Origin: Felis catus
Taxonomy: Eukaryota
Direction of reading: 5' to 3'
Assembly (NCBI RefSeq): GCF_018350175.1
Contig: NC_058373.1
Location: 101,000,001-101,064,000, forward strand
DNA: 64,000 nucleotides
This document shows positions 12,538-25,701 of the stretch, one piece after another. How positions within the stretch are numbered: position 1 is the first letter of the stretch; every line of letters starts with the position of its first letter. The position numbers and the translations under genes were made by a program. A model generated the notes under the pieces. It saw nothing but the letters and a program-made list of their open reading frames with translations. It was not told the origin of the DNA and made no database searches.

Positions 12538-13919
12538 CTAGGAAGCTCAGAGCTATGTTTGTTCATTTCTAGTAATGTGTCAAATTTCATGACGTGCATA
12601 TTTGTGTACTAGTCTCATGCCGGTCTGACTTTATTTTCTTATCCCTGTTTTCTTCTCTAAATGTTCTTTAAAAAATTGTTAACATTGAAATTTTAAACTT
12701 CAAATAATATTCTTTTAAATCTTGCTTAATCTTATCACACTATGTAAACCACTTAAAAAATTCTCAGAGTACCGAAACAATGAATGAAGCAAAACATACT
12801 GATATTTCAACACCTATAGCTCATTCGTGATACAAATGCCAAAGCTTTAACTCTGCCTTTTTTGCATGGATGACACAGTGCTGCCTAGATTTCCAAGGGT
12901 AAAGTGGAATTAGAAATAATATTACTATAAATGATTAACTCATCTAGGCCATAATGAGGATAATTATTTTTGTGTATCTTTATCCCTCTGGGATATGAAA
13001 TAATTGTATCGGTGCTCTGCCAAGTACATTTAAATATTGTTATTAGTTGAAACAAAATGCACATCTTGTGGGCCTCATACAATGGGTCCAAACGCAAAGA
13101 AAGATACAGAGAAAGTAACACCCAGATTCACATTTACTAAGGGATTCCAAATAATGCCCTAAATGACTATTTTGGAGCTCAGTTACATGCAGGTGCTAGG
13201 AGGATTTATGCTGTGAATGCCTGAAATACTTTCTCCACCGAGGGGAGATTATTAAGTACTAGTGAGCCTGAGTGGTGCCAATACTAACCATTAACTTTTG
13301 GCTCCCAGCCACGACTGTCTACTCGGCAGTGGATTCTGCCACCAAGGGGAAGGTCATTAAAGGCTGTTCTTTATTCTCGTTAGTATGTTCCAACATAATT
13401 AACAGAAGTTGTTCACCAGATGGTTTCCTTCCTGTCAGCAAGTACCTCCAGCTTAATGGGCTATGCAGGATTCTTTACTTTAAGTGGGTGAGGCGGGAAG
13501 CAAATTTAAAATATATCATCTTTGATCCTCCCACTTCTAATTAGTTCTAAAGGTTTTAGATAATAATGTAAAGGGGGCTGGGAAATGAAATCATTCTAAA
13601 TATCAAAGAATCACAGAAGGCCAACAAGAATTTTATACATACTACGGGATGTTTCTTTCTCCTTGCCAGGTCTCTGCCCAGCACCAAGAAAAGCGCAGAA
13701 ACTATTGTCAGCCTACAGCTGAAACATGTTCACAGAGCCTTAGAGCTGAAATGGTTTTAAAATCTGATAACAAAACCATCGGGTCTCAGAAATTTTAAGG
13801 GATGCTAGAGATATGCAGCTGGGGATGTGCCCCTCTGGACTCAGAGGGTAGAGAGTAAGTGGTTTAGACCTGTAAACAGGCATGTTATAATGGAGTTTGG
13901 GAAGTATAGTCTCAAACAC

Positions 13920-14230
13920 TGTTGCCTTCCAACCTCTGTGCCACACCCCTCTTCTTGTGAAATAAACTTTGATCTTGTTTATGTATGCCCTCTCTTGCAC
14001 AAGGTGCTGGGCACAGAGAGGGTCTGCTGTGAGCCAATCTGAGCTGTTCCATTCCCTAACCCATGTTTGGTTTACAAATTGTGGACATATGAGCAACCTG
14101 TAGCCAATAAATCATGAAACGAGGCTTGACTGAGAGCTTCTGGGAAAGGCTTTCTTGCTCCTAAGAATGCATGTCCATTGTTGGTACTGTCATAGGAATC
14201 ATCTAGCTATGTGGCATAAGGTACAATGAC
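13920..14230 (+). mobile_element. MLT1J/K-like LTR fragment
   Basis: tagccaataaatcatgaa...gagcttctgggaaaggctttcttgctcctaag. Confidence 0.6.
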
Positions 14231-14563
14231 CTACCTTCTAGTAGCTAAACTAAGTGGTTTCTCGCTAAACTAGTTACATTTAGGAAATCATTTTATTATA
14301 ATGAATGTAATAAAAATATCCCATTCTTACCCATTATCTCAAACGATTGTTACAACAACCATGTAACTCACATGAGACAGAAACTCTTCCCTCTATAACC
14401 GATGGAGAGGCTGAATCTCACAGACACTAATGTGATGAGCCTGGACAAAGCTGCTGGCTTTGGAAACTAAGAACCCTTCCTACCACATCATGTTATTTCT
14501 ACCTTAAGTAGAGTAAAAAGCTCAGTTGCCTGAGTCAGGGATACAATGCAATTATAAAACATT

Positions 14564-14579
14564 TCTCTCTCTCTGTCTC

Positions 14580-14612
<33 letters not shown>
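14564..14612. repeat. (TC)n microsatellite
   Basis: Direct observation. Confidence 0.95.
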
Positions 14613-14618
<6 letters not shown>

Positions 14619-14663
14619 GAAAAAATACTAACTCTACCTTCTTTTGAGCTTTTATCCTGGTAT

Positions 14664-14820
14664 TTATTTATTTGAGTTTATTTTGAGAGAGAGAGAGAGA
14701 GAGAGAGAGCACAGCCAGTATAGAGCCTGAGGTGGGGCTCGATCCCACAAACTGTGAGAACATGACCTGAGCAGAAATTAAGAGTCAGATGCTTAACTGC
14801 CTGCACCACCCAGGCAGCCC
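14664..14820 (-). mobile_element. Short Can-SINE
   Basis: GA repeat + tRNA-like head; TSD tatcctgg(t/c)att. Confidence 0.9.
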
Positions 14821-15159
14821 TATCCTGGCATTTTAAATTCAGTTCCATCCTCCATATTTTTACACGAAGAAATATTTGAAGTGAAGTAAGATGAAAAGGG
14901 CTTTCGAGGAGGGTAAAATATCATTAAAAATCAGTTTAGTCTACTAATGACCAGGAAGGTTTCAAAAGATTTTGAAGGAAACAAGAAGAAATGCCCTTCT
15001 AGTTTTGGGTACAGTATGTATCACTCCACCTAGGGATGACTGCATCACTGATGAATGGGCTGGAAGGCTGTGCTATAAAAATTTGAGCTAGAATAGTTAC
15101 AGGCTTAATTATCATGTGCTATAGCTCACTTGTGAAGACAATTTTACTCATTCACTACA

Positions 15160-16415
15160 GTTCTTAGGACTCCTTTATTTGTGAGTGACAGAAATCCCAA
15201 CTCAATTGGTTGAAGCAAAACAGAATTTTTGGGCTCACATAACTAAATAATGTTCAACAGGTGGCTCTAACTTCAGGTGCAGCTTGGTTGAGGGCTCAAC
15301 TCCTGTCAAGGGGCTCCACCTATGGGCTCTTCTTTCTCAAGGGGGCTCAATTATGGCTCTGAGGGATGCTCCCAAACTGAAAACACATTTCATCATAGCA
15401 GCCAGTCCACTGGAAATAAGGTTCACCTCTTGAAGAGCTCAAATGAAAGTCCAAGAATTGAAGTTCATTGGCCTTGACTGTATTATTGTGGTCAACTGAG
15501 TTATTTTTTGGTCATAATTCTTCATTGTCTTGTAGCAGTTTTGCCTGCCTTTGCCAAGGCCTCAAAATAGGCAAAGTATACTCCTCCTCTTCCCGTGACC
15601 ATGGCCTTGGTCATGATTTGTTTGGTGAATGTGACACTAACAAATAGAAGAGGCTCGGATATACTCGCACAGTTGGGCTTACCCTCTTACTGCAGTGAGA
15701 GAAGAACATGCCTTGTATATAGCATTTGCTTGTGCAAGGAGGATGAGAGATACCTGAAGAAACCCTGGACTAGTAGACTGTATTTGTTAGCTATCGCTCT
15801 AATAATACCACGTAAAAATTATTGAAAAACCTAGTGGCTTATACGTTTGTTTCTTGTTCACATTTCTTCAGGTGGCTGATATTTGGCTGGATGATTTGGC
15901 TCCAGGTGAGTGATTATGTCCAGGGTTTCTCCCTATGTCTCTCACTCTCCTTGCACAAACAAATCTTACATTTGAGCCATGTTCTTCTCATGGCAAAAAG
16001 GGAGAGGTGCAGCAAGGGAGCAAGCCCAACTGTGTAAGTATGCTCAAGCTTCTTGTATCATACAATTGTCCACTGGGAGCCAATGCCATCCAGCCTAGCT
16101 TTTATTTGCCACTTGCAGAAAGTGAGCAGGAAACACAAATGCCTATGGTTATAAGCTACTGAGTTTTGTGATAATTTGTTACATGGCATTATCAGAGCAG
16201 TAGCTAACCGATACAGTTTACTGTGACCATCACTATACCATACACGAAGGCAAGGTGTTGGAATGTGATTGGATAAGCCTAGATTGTGAGTTCTACTGCT
16301 AGAACCCAGTGGTGGAATCTGACTCACCTTTAGCATAAAGGATGAAAGGGCAAAGAAATATGGACACTGTTACCAGAAGGAGGTTCTGACAAACAAAAAC
16401 TGCAGTCCCACCATC
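15160..16415 (-). mobile_element. MLT1K-like LTR split by nested MLT1H-like LTRs
   Basis: gtgagtgacagaaatcccaactcaattggttgaagcaaaa at start; resumes after 16216. Confidence 0.6.
15487..16215 (+). mobile_element. MLT1H-like LTR with an opposite-strand MLT1H/I-like piece at ~15778-16085
   Basis: gagaagaacatgcc...ggaggatgagagatac; ends agtagctaaccgataca. Confidence 0.7.
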
Positions 16416-16559
16416 AACGAAACCTGCATTTTAGTGTTAGCGATGGATTGCATCAAGCTGCCACACTCTCTATGCAGAACCATTGTAAATACCTAACAAC
16501 CTGACATGCATGTGATGCACTAATGATCAACGAAAGGCAGATGGTAATGAATAGAAAGA

Positions 16560-17350
16560 ACAACCTTCAGAAGCTGCAGGCTTGTACTGAAGGCTTTGTG
16601 CTCAAAACAGAGCAAGGAGGAGGCTTGCTGTAGTCGGCACTGGTTGAGACACACCTAAAGTGTTGGGTTTGATCCCGAACATCACATTTTTAGAGGTACA
16701 TTCTTAAATTGAAACTTGTTGAAAGTGAGGGATCCAGAAATTTTAAGAAGAAAAAGCTGGGCTCTATTGGCAGAGCAAATGTGGGAAGGATGGAATATGA
16801 ATCAGGGTCAGCAGGAGAAGGAATCATTATTTTCAAATATCATAAGAGATGATGTATGGAAGAGAGATTGTATTTAGTCTACATTATGCAGATATGTGTT
16901 ATTGTGGAAAGAATGTGGTCTTTGGGGTCAGGGAGACAGAACTCTACTACTTATTAGCTGTGTGTCTTTAGCAGGTAACATTCTCTCTCAGTGTCTGCTG
17001 TAGAGGTATTAGAGAGCTTGAGAAGTAATACATGTAAGACTGGTTCTTGTGGGTGCTCGGTAAATGTTAGCTATTTTAATATGGTTGATGTCATTATTAG
17101 AACTGTATTAAAACCAACGTGTGGAGTTTTCAGGAAAGCTCCTTTCAGCTAAGGATAATAAAGAAGACAACTTAGAACTGTCCCAAAACAGAATGGGCTT
17201 CTGAATGTCATAGTGAGTCCTCTGTCCCTGGAAACCATTCCCGCAGAGGCTGGACTTGAGGACTGGAGGCTGGAAGACTTCTGGGAGTGCCAGGAGGCTA
17301 TGTGATATGGATTTCTAGGCTGCCCCCTAATTCTGAGATCCTAAGTTCAA
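16560..17350 (+). mobile_element. CR1/L3 LINE 3' fragment, interrupted by a MIR (~16900-17075)
   Basis: gaatgggct...tagtgagtcctctgtccctggaa...gcagaggctgga; ctaattctgagatcctaag resembles the L3 3' end. Confidence 0.65.
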
Positions 17351-17415
17351 TGAACTGTGAGCCAGCTTCCTTCACACTCATCCCCAACTAGGTGAGCACT
17401 GAAAGGTATTATAAA

Positions 17416-17553
17416 TAGGGAGTCCAAACATCTGGATGCACTTGGAACAATCTTGGTTTAGACCTGTTGTCCTGGTGCAATTATGAAAGAATTCCTCCCC
17501 TTTCTCTCTCAACGGTGTCCCAGTTTAGATGGTAAAATGACATAGTCACCCTA
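17416..17553 (-). mobile_element. MER94-like hAT-Blackjack MITE
   Basis: Ends taggg...gtcacccta; 8-bp TSD attataaa/attataac. Confidence 0.8.
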
Positions 17554-17639
17554 ATTATAACTAACTCAATGAATAGAGGCCAAGCATATTCTTGTTACTT
17601 TCAACATAAGTTACCCCCCTTTAGCGCCAGAATTACCAC

Positions 17640-17985
17640 TCTTCCTGGGTTTCCCTTCCTGGTGTAATGGTATTATCATCCTCCTATTAACTCAGCCTCA
17701 CACCTTTGGAAGCCGCTTCAGCATTTCTGCCTCCCTCTCCCCGCACCTTCAATCAGTTGCCAAACCCTTTTGATCCTATCTCCAAAACACCCACCAGTAT
17801 CTGCCCCTTCTTTTAAGTCTCAATGCTTTAATTCAGGTCTTGTTACCTCTTGCCTGGAGCATTGTAAAATCCTCCTAACAGCCCTGACCCATTCTGTTAT
17901 CCATCAACCTGCCGGGGCACTGTGCCTTTTAAAGCATGCCACCAATCTGGCTGCGGCTTTCTATTCACCTAGATAGATAAAATTA
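17640..17985 (+). mobile_element. L2 fragment
   Basis: caatcagttgccaaaccc...acctcttgcctggagcattgtaaaatcctcctaac. Confidence 0.65.
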
Positions 17986-20141
17986 AGTTTCTCTTGTTTG
18001 TCTGACTGTATCACATAAAAAACACATGGAAAGGTTTTCATCAAATGTGGAGGACACATTTGGGATGGCATGATTTAAGATGTAGAGGTATGTGGCCTGC
18101 ACAGAATTCCCCTGGAGGCACTCAGGAGGGCGTGTCAACGATATAGGTGGTTAACCTTCAGAGCAACTGGAATCTGCTGCTGAAACCAGCCTGCGCGACT
18201 CCTGCCTGGAAGAGGCAAAGCTAACAAAATCAGCCAGAGACAAAGAAAACAAAGAAGGGCTCCCAATCTGAACCCAACTTAAATGTCTAAGGGCAGGTTC
18301 TCAGAATTGCAGATGCCGGTTCGCAATAGGTATTGATTTTCCAAGGAGCTGCTTCTCTCATGGGCAATTTGATACAGTGTTTTCTGGGATTATGTACACA
18401 ACGCTGGTGAGCGATTCCTTTGAGCAATCCCAGAGTACCCAGCTAGAGTGAGAAAAACTGTCAACCTCTCAGAGAGGCATTCACATTCAGCTGGCCTCTC
18501 AGGCTCTCCTAAAGCTGTGTCCCATGTACACTGTGCACCCGTTCTGTCTCTCACCTGTATCTCCATGCCTCTTCTCCCTGAACTGGGGCTCAGGGGTCCT
18601 CCTCAGGTAAAACACTCTCCCATCACCTCTACTTGTGGCAGTCCTTGCCATCTGTCAGGGTTCGGCTCAAGCACCCACTTCCTCCGTAAGACTTTGAGAT
18701 TCTCTTGGGGTCTTTAATTTTCTCCTTGGCCACTTTTCACTGCATGTATGTAGATGGAGAGAGAGAGAGAGAAAGATATAGATAATATAGATATTTTCCT
18801 ATACATGTGTCTTTTAAGCTATAAGCCCCAGAGAAGATGAATAATGTCTATTCATCTTAGTGTCATCTTTAGTACTTTGCATATACAGATTTTCACTATG
18901 TATTTATTGAACGAAGTGGTTTTTTAAAAGAGTATCTTAACTCGGTTCAGCAACCGTGTGGACTGAAATATCTCCTAGACAGGGGATCATAAAGGCAATA
19001 TTATACCTTTATTTGACCAGAACGGGAGAGCACCCCTCCTAGTGGAGAGATCTATTTGCTTTGCAGTTAACAAAACGATAAAAGGACTGTCTCCAACTTT
19101 TTAAAACGAGGGTTTTGAAAAGCTATGGAATGCCAGAAAATACTGAGTATAAAGCTCATCTGAATACTTAATTCTTGGTTATCCTAAAGCTTAAATTCTT
19201 TAGGTATCTTAAAACTTAAGTTCTTAAATGTGGCCTGTAATGTGTGGCACTAGCTGAGCAACTTGTTACTCTTGTTACTGTACTCACCTATTTTGGGCAA
19301 TAATCTCTAGAGAGTATCAAATCTTCAGCAAAGTTGTTGGCCTCAATCTAAGCAATTCTGAATTACCTTATGGGTTCCAGTCAGTGGGATATCAGATTGC
19401 TTCCTGTGTAGTATGCAGGTTTAAACCAACAACCACAAGGGCCTATCTTTGAAGCATAAAACACTTGGACATTAAAACTTCTTTTTGGCACCCTGCCTGA
19501 GGTCAGAAATCTGCATTTTCAGCACAGGTCACTTGGGACTTCTCAGCACACATGGCCTGAGTTCCACATGCTCACTCAACTTCCAAGCATGCAATTCTGT
19601 TGGAAAGAGAGAGCCTGGTTTTGGAGTCTGTTACAAAAGCAAAACATGGGACCTCAAACTGGGCAAACAGTGAGAAAGATATCTTCTTGAAAAGAGAGAT
19701 TATGGAGACCATGACAAGGTTATCAAGAAACCATTTGAACTGCATAAGGTGAAATTGAGAAAGGCGTCTGCATTCAGACGAGTCCAAACAGAAAAGCAAT
19801 TTCCATGAAGACGGTGAAGATCAGACATTGGGAGAATGTTACAGGGAGCGAGTTGAAAGGGCTGTCCCTAGACTGCTTAAATTCTGGCATAGGATCCCAG
19901 AGCAAAAAACCACAAGCGATCCCTAATTTGGAACTGATAGAATGAATGAGAAGAAATAATTAGGTAAACAGCCCTGAAAGAATTGTGTAAGCATGTGATC
20001 AAACACAGTGCTTGATTACTTTAAAAGGGGTGGTCACTACCATTTGTCTCCCCGAAGGAGTGTAAAATAGGAGGGCGGGAAAGAATGCAGGGTGATGTGT
20101 GGCCAGAGGAGGAGGGCTGGGAACCTGCGGGGAGTACTCAC

Positions 20142-20228
20142 AGGGGCCAGCAGAGGAGCTGTGGGAGGATATAAGCATATCCTCCTGCAGGCCTTGGCTG
20201 CCGTGCCCATAGTAGTCAATTCCTCCTC
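20142..20228 (-). CDS. Weak candidate exon (87 nt, phase 1-1): GGIDYYGHGSQGLQEDMLISSHSSSAGP
   Basis: Donor |gtgagt, acceptor gttttag| at the edge of a MIR; symmetric and open. Confidence 0.25.
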
Positions 20229-20239
20229 CTAAAACCCTG

Positions 20240-20400
20240 ATACCCAGAAGGGACCTTAAGAGACTATTTAGTTCAACATTGTTCTGCACAGAAAAGGAGG
20301 CTAACCATAGAAAAGATGAGTGGGGTGCTCACTCACCCAGTGATAGAGCTGGGTCTTGCACTGAATTGTTAGATTCCTCACCTATGCTTTTTCCCTTGGG
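20240..20400 (-). mobile_element. MIR
   Basis: gaagggaccttaagagactatttagttcaac...cacagaaaaggaggcta. Confidence 0.65.
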
Positions 20401-21477
20401 GCACATGACCTCAAATCAGATGTATCCTGGCGCCAAGCCCCAACTTCCTCCACTGTGCACAGCACTCACCTGCTTCCAGATTTCATGCAAAGGAAAAAAG
20501 GGTAAAGGATCCTGAAAGATGCCATAAAAGAAGGTATGCACTATGCACTTCGTTTCCGTTGTCTTCAAAACAATCAAAAAGAGGCAGCAATCGTCGGCCC
20601 TGTTCTATAGGAGCTCGGAGAAGTTGAGGATCTTGTCAAAGACAACAAAGCTAGTACATTTGGGAGATGACAACTGAATCCAGTCATTCTGACTTCAAAG
20701 TCAATTCTCCTTCATCCCCATGGTGAAGCTATCCAGGATTCTACCCCTCTAGCTGGTCCCTGAATAGGTTTCCTAAAATTACCAAGAGTCTGCTCTTCCC
20801 TGTCCTTCTGCTCTGGCCCCCCAGTTCTCAGACCCTGACCTATGGGGCTCAGCGCAGCACTTGTACCTCTGCTCTGCAAGCAGTTTCAGTTACACTGGAT
20901 CCCTGGTTATAAGGTAAGAAGTTTTCCTTTGGGAGCTCAGCTCTGGACACCTGCAGCCTCTCTTAGGTTGGTCTTGGGAGAACATCAAGTCAGGGACACC
21001 TGTGCATGTGCACAGGAAAGCTTAGGAAGTAGTTCTGTGCACACTGAAGACTGGAAAGACCAAGGAGAGTAAAAATCACTATGTGGGACAGAAAAACGAC
21101 AACAGGGAACACAATGCCTTCATCCCCCTTCCCCCTGAGGACAAAATACTGGGAAGTCTTGAAGTGCAGTAAGAGGAATATAGCTGGGGCTAACCTATCC
21201 CAGCATGACCCTGACCCTGGACATGCCCGGGTCAATCTCACATAGAGTATTTTTATAAATAAGGATGGGTACTTTCATAAACCTGGATATTTAGTGGCTT
21301 GGACCATAAGTACTGCAATTTGCTAGAAAAAGGTGGCTGAGGAGAAGATGGGGTTAGAAATGAAGGTGTGTCCCGGGCTGTTGGGCCTGTGAACACCAGG
21401 TCCAGTGGAAGGAAGACCGGAAACAAGATTCTTTTTTTTTTTTTGCAGGTGAGCATGGTTCCTCCCGAATCCTTTTG

Positions 21478-21980
21478 CATTAGAATGTGTTCAGCTCTAA
21501 GCAATAGGGAAACCAACTCAAACTAGCTTTTATAATAAGGTTATTCTTCAGCTTAGCTTACATATGTGAGGAAAATCAGAAGTAGGGGTGGGTTTCAGCT
21601 TTAGTAGATCCAGAAGTTCAATGATATCATCAAGGACTTAGCGTCTTTTCATCTTCCACATTGCTGTCTACAGTGTCAGTTTAATCCTAAAGCAGTTTCT
21701 CTCGGGGCTGTGGGATGACTGCCAGTAGCAATCAGCAGGGGAGTGTCTGCTTTCCTGTTGCTCTTTCTTAAGAGTGAGAAAGCACTTACTCGGAAGCCTC
21801 CAGAAAATCTCTCTGGTCACATGCCCACTCCTAAACCAGTCACTGTCATGAGGGATAGGATAGATCTGACCTTTCAGATCTGCCTTTCAAGCTACCAGCA
21901 ATTCCACAAACTGCTTTGATAACATTTGTTAGAGGAGGAATGGAATGGATGTTGCTATCAGCCACAACATCCGCCATACC
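21478..21980 (-). mobile_element. MLT1J/K-like LTR
   Basis: aaaccaactcaaactagctt...ggtcacatgcccactcctaaaccagtcact. Confidence 0.75.
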
Positions 21981-23409
21981 CTCCTGACGCTTAGTAAATT
22001 GCATAGCAAATATCAACAAGTCTTTGTTGATTGAATGGAAGTCTAGGTTCTGAGGTGAACTTCTTATGGATAGAACTGGGTGCAGAAAGTCACCAAAGAA
22101 AGGCTAAGTCTAAGACAAGCCATTGGGCTGGAAGCTAGAGGCACTGCATTCTATTCTTGACCATTTGTGCCCAAGCTTTGGGCATTCCATATGCAAAATA
22201 TATTTAACCCCCTCCTTTCCATAAATCCAAGGAGTTGCTTAAGATTAGATAAGATATATGTCAAAGTACTTTAGCTTCTTAGGAAGAAAGAAAATGTGTT
22301 ATCTATTGTTACTTCAAAACATTTTGTAACAAGATGGGAATTTTCCAAGTACATGAAAATCATCTTGTGTTAAGATAAGAATCTCCTGCTTATGACAGGT
22401 GACCAGAAGTACTGTTTTTTGAACTAAGCCAAAAAAATAACGGGACTCTATGCAGCATGGGGGGAACCGCCCGTGTCTCTGAGTCGATAATTGGCCTGAC
22501 TTTCCTGGGCTTGGACTTCCCTTTTGATTTAGTGAGGGCTCGATTAGAACCTCATTCTTTAGCTTCTCTGACTGTTCTTGGGGGATTTGAACTTGTTGGA
22601 GCAGCAGTATCGGAAAACACAATGCTTTATTAAGTTCATCAAATGGTCGACTCTCTGTCCTGGGGGCCAGAATGTGCTAGTCTGTTATCATGACTCTGTT
22701 CCAGTACTTCTCATAGCAGCTGTTTTCAAACACATTCTTGGGCTCATACTTAACATATGATGTTAATCCATTTGTTCATTCAACTATCTGTTGATGTGTA
22801 ATCTTGATCACTATCAAACCCCAACATATTTAGTAGGCTTAGATCCAGGAATAGCACTGAGCTATGCTTTGTTCAGAAGGAATTACTCAGACATGTTGCC
22901 TCTGGGTATGATCCTCAGTGACCCAAGAGAGCTCACTCTGTGCTTCATTCTTTCATTACTACATATACCACCTGCAGTTCTTATTTTTCCAACGTCCTTC
23001 ATTATACCGATGATGACCATATTAGCACAAATCATTATATTGGACTCATCTCCAGGGGCTACATGAGCCTTTGGGAGAGGGCAATTTATAAGCATGATGG
23101 GCACTAATAGGGGGGAAAGAGAGAAAGATAAACATTATTTTTTTGCATGTGTATGTAAATTTTAACATATATATTATATAACAAGGAAAAAAACCACAGG
23201 TAGGTGTTATAATCCACATATCTGCAGCTGGTTAAAGAGCTATAATGTTTATAATTTCATTATTCTATTATTCATTCCATGTTCTTTTTGCTTTCAGGCA
23301 GTTTTTTTCTTTGGTGGATTAAATCATACCTTCATACCTGAAAGTCTGAGACTTTGATAATCTTGCTTAGTTAGACTTGTTGTAATCTTCCATTAAGTTT
23401 TCTAATCTT

Positions 23410-24271
23410 TGGAGACTGATGCTATTTCTCCCCTAAATCCTAGAAGAACTCACTAGAGATGACATCTGGGTCTTGAGTTTTACTGCTGAAGAGTTTTAAA
23501 TTACACATTCAATTTTTTGAATACTTATAGGACTGTTCATATTTTTTTTCGTCTTCTTGAGTTTACTTTAGTAACTCTTTTTCCCCTGGGGAATTGTGCA
23601 TTGATTCCTAATTTTCTAATTGATTACCATGCAGTGGTTTGTAATAGAATTGTTTTACCTTTTTAATGTTTGTAGGATCTATAGGATGAGCCCATACAAG
23701 GATTCCAGAGATCACATGTGTCATTACTGTACCACAAGTTTTGGTGTGCTGTATTTGCATTACCATTTAGTTCAAAATATTTTCTAATTAATTTCCACTA
23801 AGAATTCTTTCATCTGTAGATTATTTATAAGTGTATTGCTTCATTTCCAAACATTTGTGTATTTCTAACTATCCTGTTGTTGCTGATTTCTAACTTAGTT
23901 CCAAGATGATCAGAGAATATATTCTGTTGGTTTCAATTTTCAAAATAATGTGAAGACTTGTCTTATGGTCCATAATGGCCAACATTGGTAAATGCCCCAT
24001 GTCCCATGTGTGCTTGAAAAGAATGTGTATCCTTCATCTGTTGGGTATAGTGTTCTATATATGTCAGGTCAAGTTTGTTTAGATCTTTTATGTCTTTATT
24101 AATTTTTATTCTCAACTTTCTCAGTTGCTGAGAGAGAGAGAGATGAAAGTATCCCACTCAGATTATAGATGTGTCTACTTCTCCATTTAGTCTTTTGAAA
24201 TTTTGCTTTATATATTTTGAAGCTACGCCTTTAGGAACAAACAAATTTAGAAGTGTTGTATCTTCCTTGTC
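23410..24271 (-). mobile_element. Old L1 ORF2 fragment (endonuclease region)
   Basis: ORF 23963-24157 KINKDIKDLNKLDLTYI...AHMGHGAF resembles L1 EN. Confidence 0.85.
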
Positions 24272-24282
24272 AAGTGACTGTT

Positions 24283-24510
24283 GTTTTTTTTTTTTAATTT
24301 TTTTTTTCAACGTTTATTTATTTTTGGAACAGAGAGAGACAGAGCATGAACGGGGGAGGGGCAGAGAGAGAGGGAGACACAGAATCGGAAACAGGCTCCA
24401 GGCTCTGAGCCATCAGCCCAGAGCCTGACGCGGGGCTGGAACTCACGGACCGCGAGATCGTGACCTGGCTGAAGTCGGACGCTTAACCGACTGAGCCACC
24501 CAGGCGCCCC
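24283..24510 (-). mobile_element. Young SINEC_Fc-type Can-SINE
   Basis: CpG-rich, near-identical to 56188-56411; TSD aagtgactgtt. Confidence 0.97.
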
Positions 24511-24580
24511 AAGTGACTGTTTTATATAAATGAGTCACGCTTCTTGGCCAAGTTGACTTTAAGTATTGCTATGGCAGATT

Positions 24581-24810
24581 TCTTTCTTTTTTTTTTTTTT
24601 AGTTTTTTTAATGTTTATTTTTGAGAGAGAGAGAGACAGACAGACAGAGTGGGGGAGGTGCAGAGAGAGAAGGAGACACAGAACTCGAAGCAGGCTCCAG
24701 GCTCAGAGCTGTCAGTCCATAGCTCAACGTGGGGCTCAAACTCACGGACCGCAAGATCATGACCTGAGCCAAAGTTGGCGGCCTAACCGACTGAGCCACC
24801 CAGCCACCGC
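24581..24810 (-). mobile_element. Can-SINE
   Basis: TSD tgctatggcagatt (24567-24580, 24811-24824). Confidence 0.95.
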
Positions 24811-25463
24811 TGCTATGGCAGATTCCCAATTGCTGGGTGGTGGGGGAGGGATAATTAATTTTCATCAAGATAGGCTTCATTACCAGATGTAGAATTCTCC
24901 CATTAATTTCCCTCGGCATGGCATTGCTAAGAGATATTTTCCTTCCATACCCTCTTGCCACCATTGTGTGGCAACAGTCCTCACTGATCAGGCTCAGTGA
25001 CCTCAGGTAAGATTCAAACTCCACCTTTTCTTGAGAATGTTTCTCCCTTTAACAAAATGAGCATGAGATGGTGATCTCAATTTTCAATCCATTGTAACAG
25101 TTGTTTTGTATCCTTGTGGAATAACTCCTTTGGTACCAAGATCTCTAACATAAAAGAGTCATTGTTGTAGGCATGGTAGAGCAAAAAATTTTCAGTGAAT
25201 CATTAGATATAATAATGAGAGATGACACCCATCTTTTGTACCATGGTTCCCAGACCAATGTATTCAGGCTGTGGGAGAATCATCATTTTTATAGGATACT
25301 GATTCAGAGAATAAACCACATCTTAAAAAAATACCATTCCAGCCTACCAAGGTTGTGTTATTGTTTCCCAGATGATGCTGTAGCTGACTCTAAAGTAGGC
25401 CACCCAACTGTCCTATAAAGCCAACTCTTCTTTATGTGAGATTTGCAGTACATTGCCATAAAT

Positions 25464-25701
25464 CATTGGTTCTCGAGTGGGGGTGATTTGCCCTTTAGGG
25501 GACATTTGGCAATGTCTGGAGACATTTTTGATTGTCATGACTTGTGTGTGGGGGTGGGGGTCGGCCGGGGGTAGTATTACTGGTGTCTAGTTGGTAGAGG
25601 ACAAGGATGATACTAAATATCCTACAGTGCTCAGGACAGCCTTCTGGAATAAAGAGTTATCGTGTCTAAAATGTTAATAGTGCTGCTATGAAGATATTCT
25701 G
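25464..25701 (+). mobile_element. MER20 hAT-Charlie MITE
   Basis: ggggacatttggcaatgtctggagacatttttgattgtcatgact; TSD ccataaat/ccttaaaa. Confidence 0.9.
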
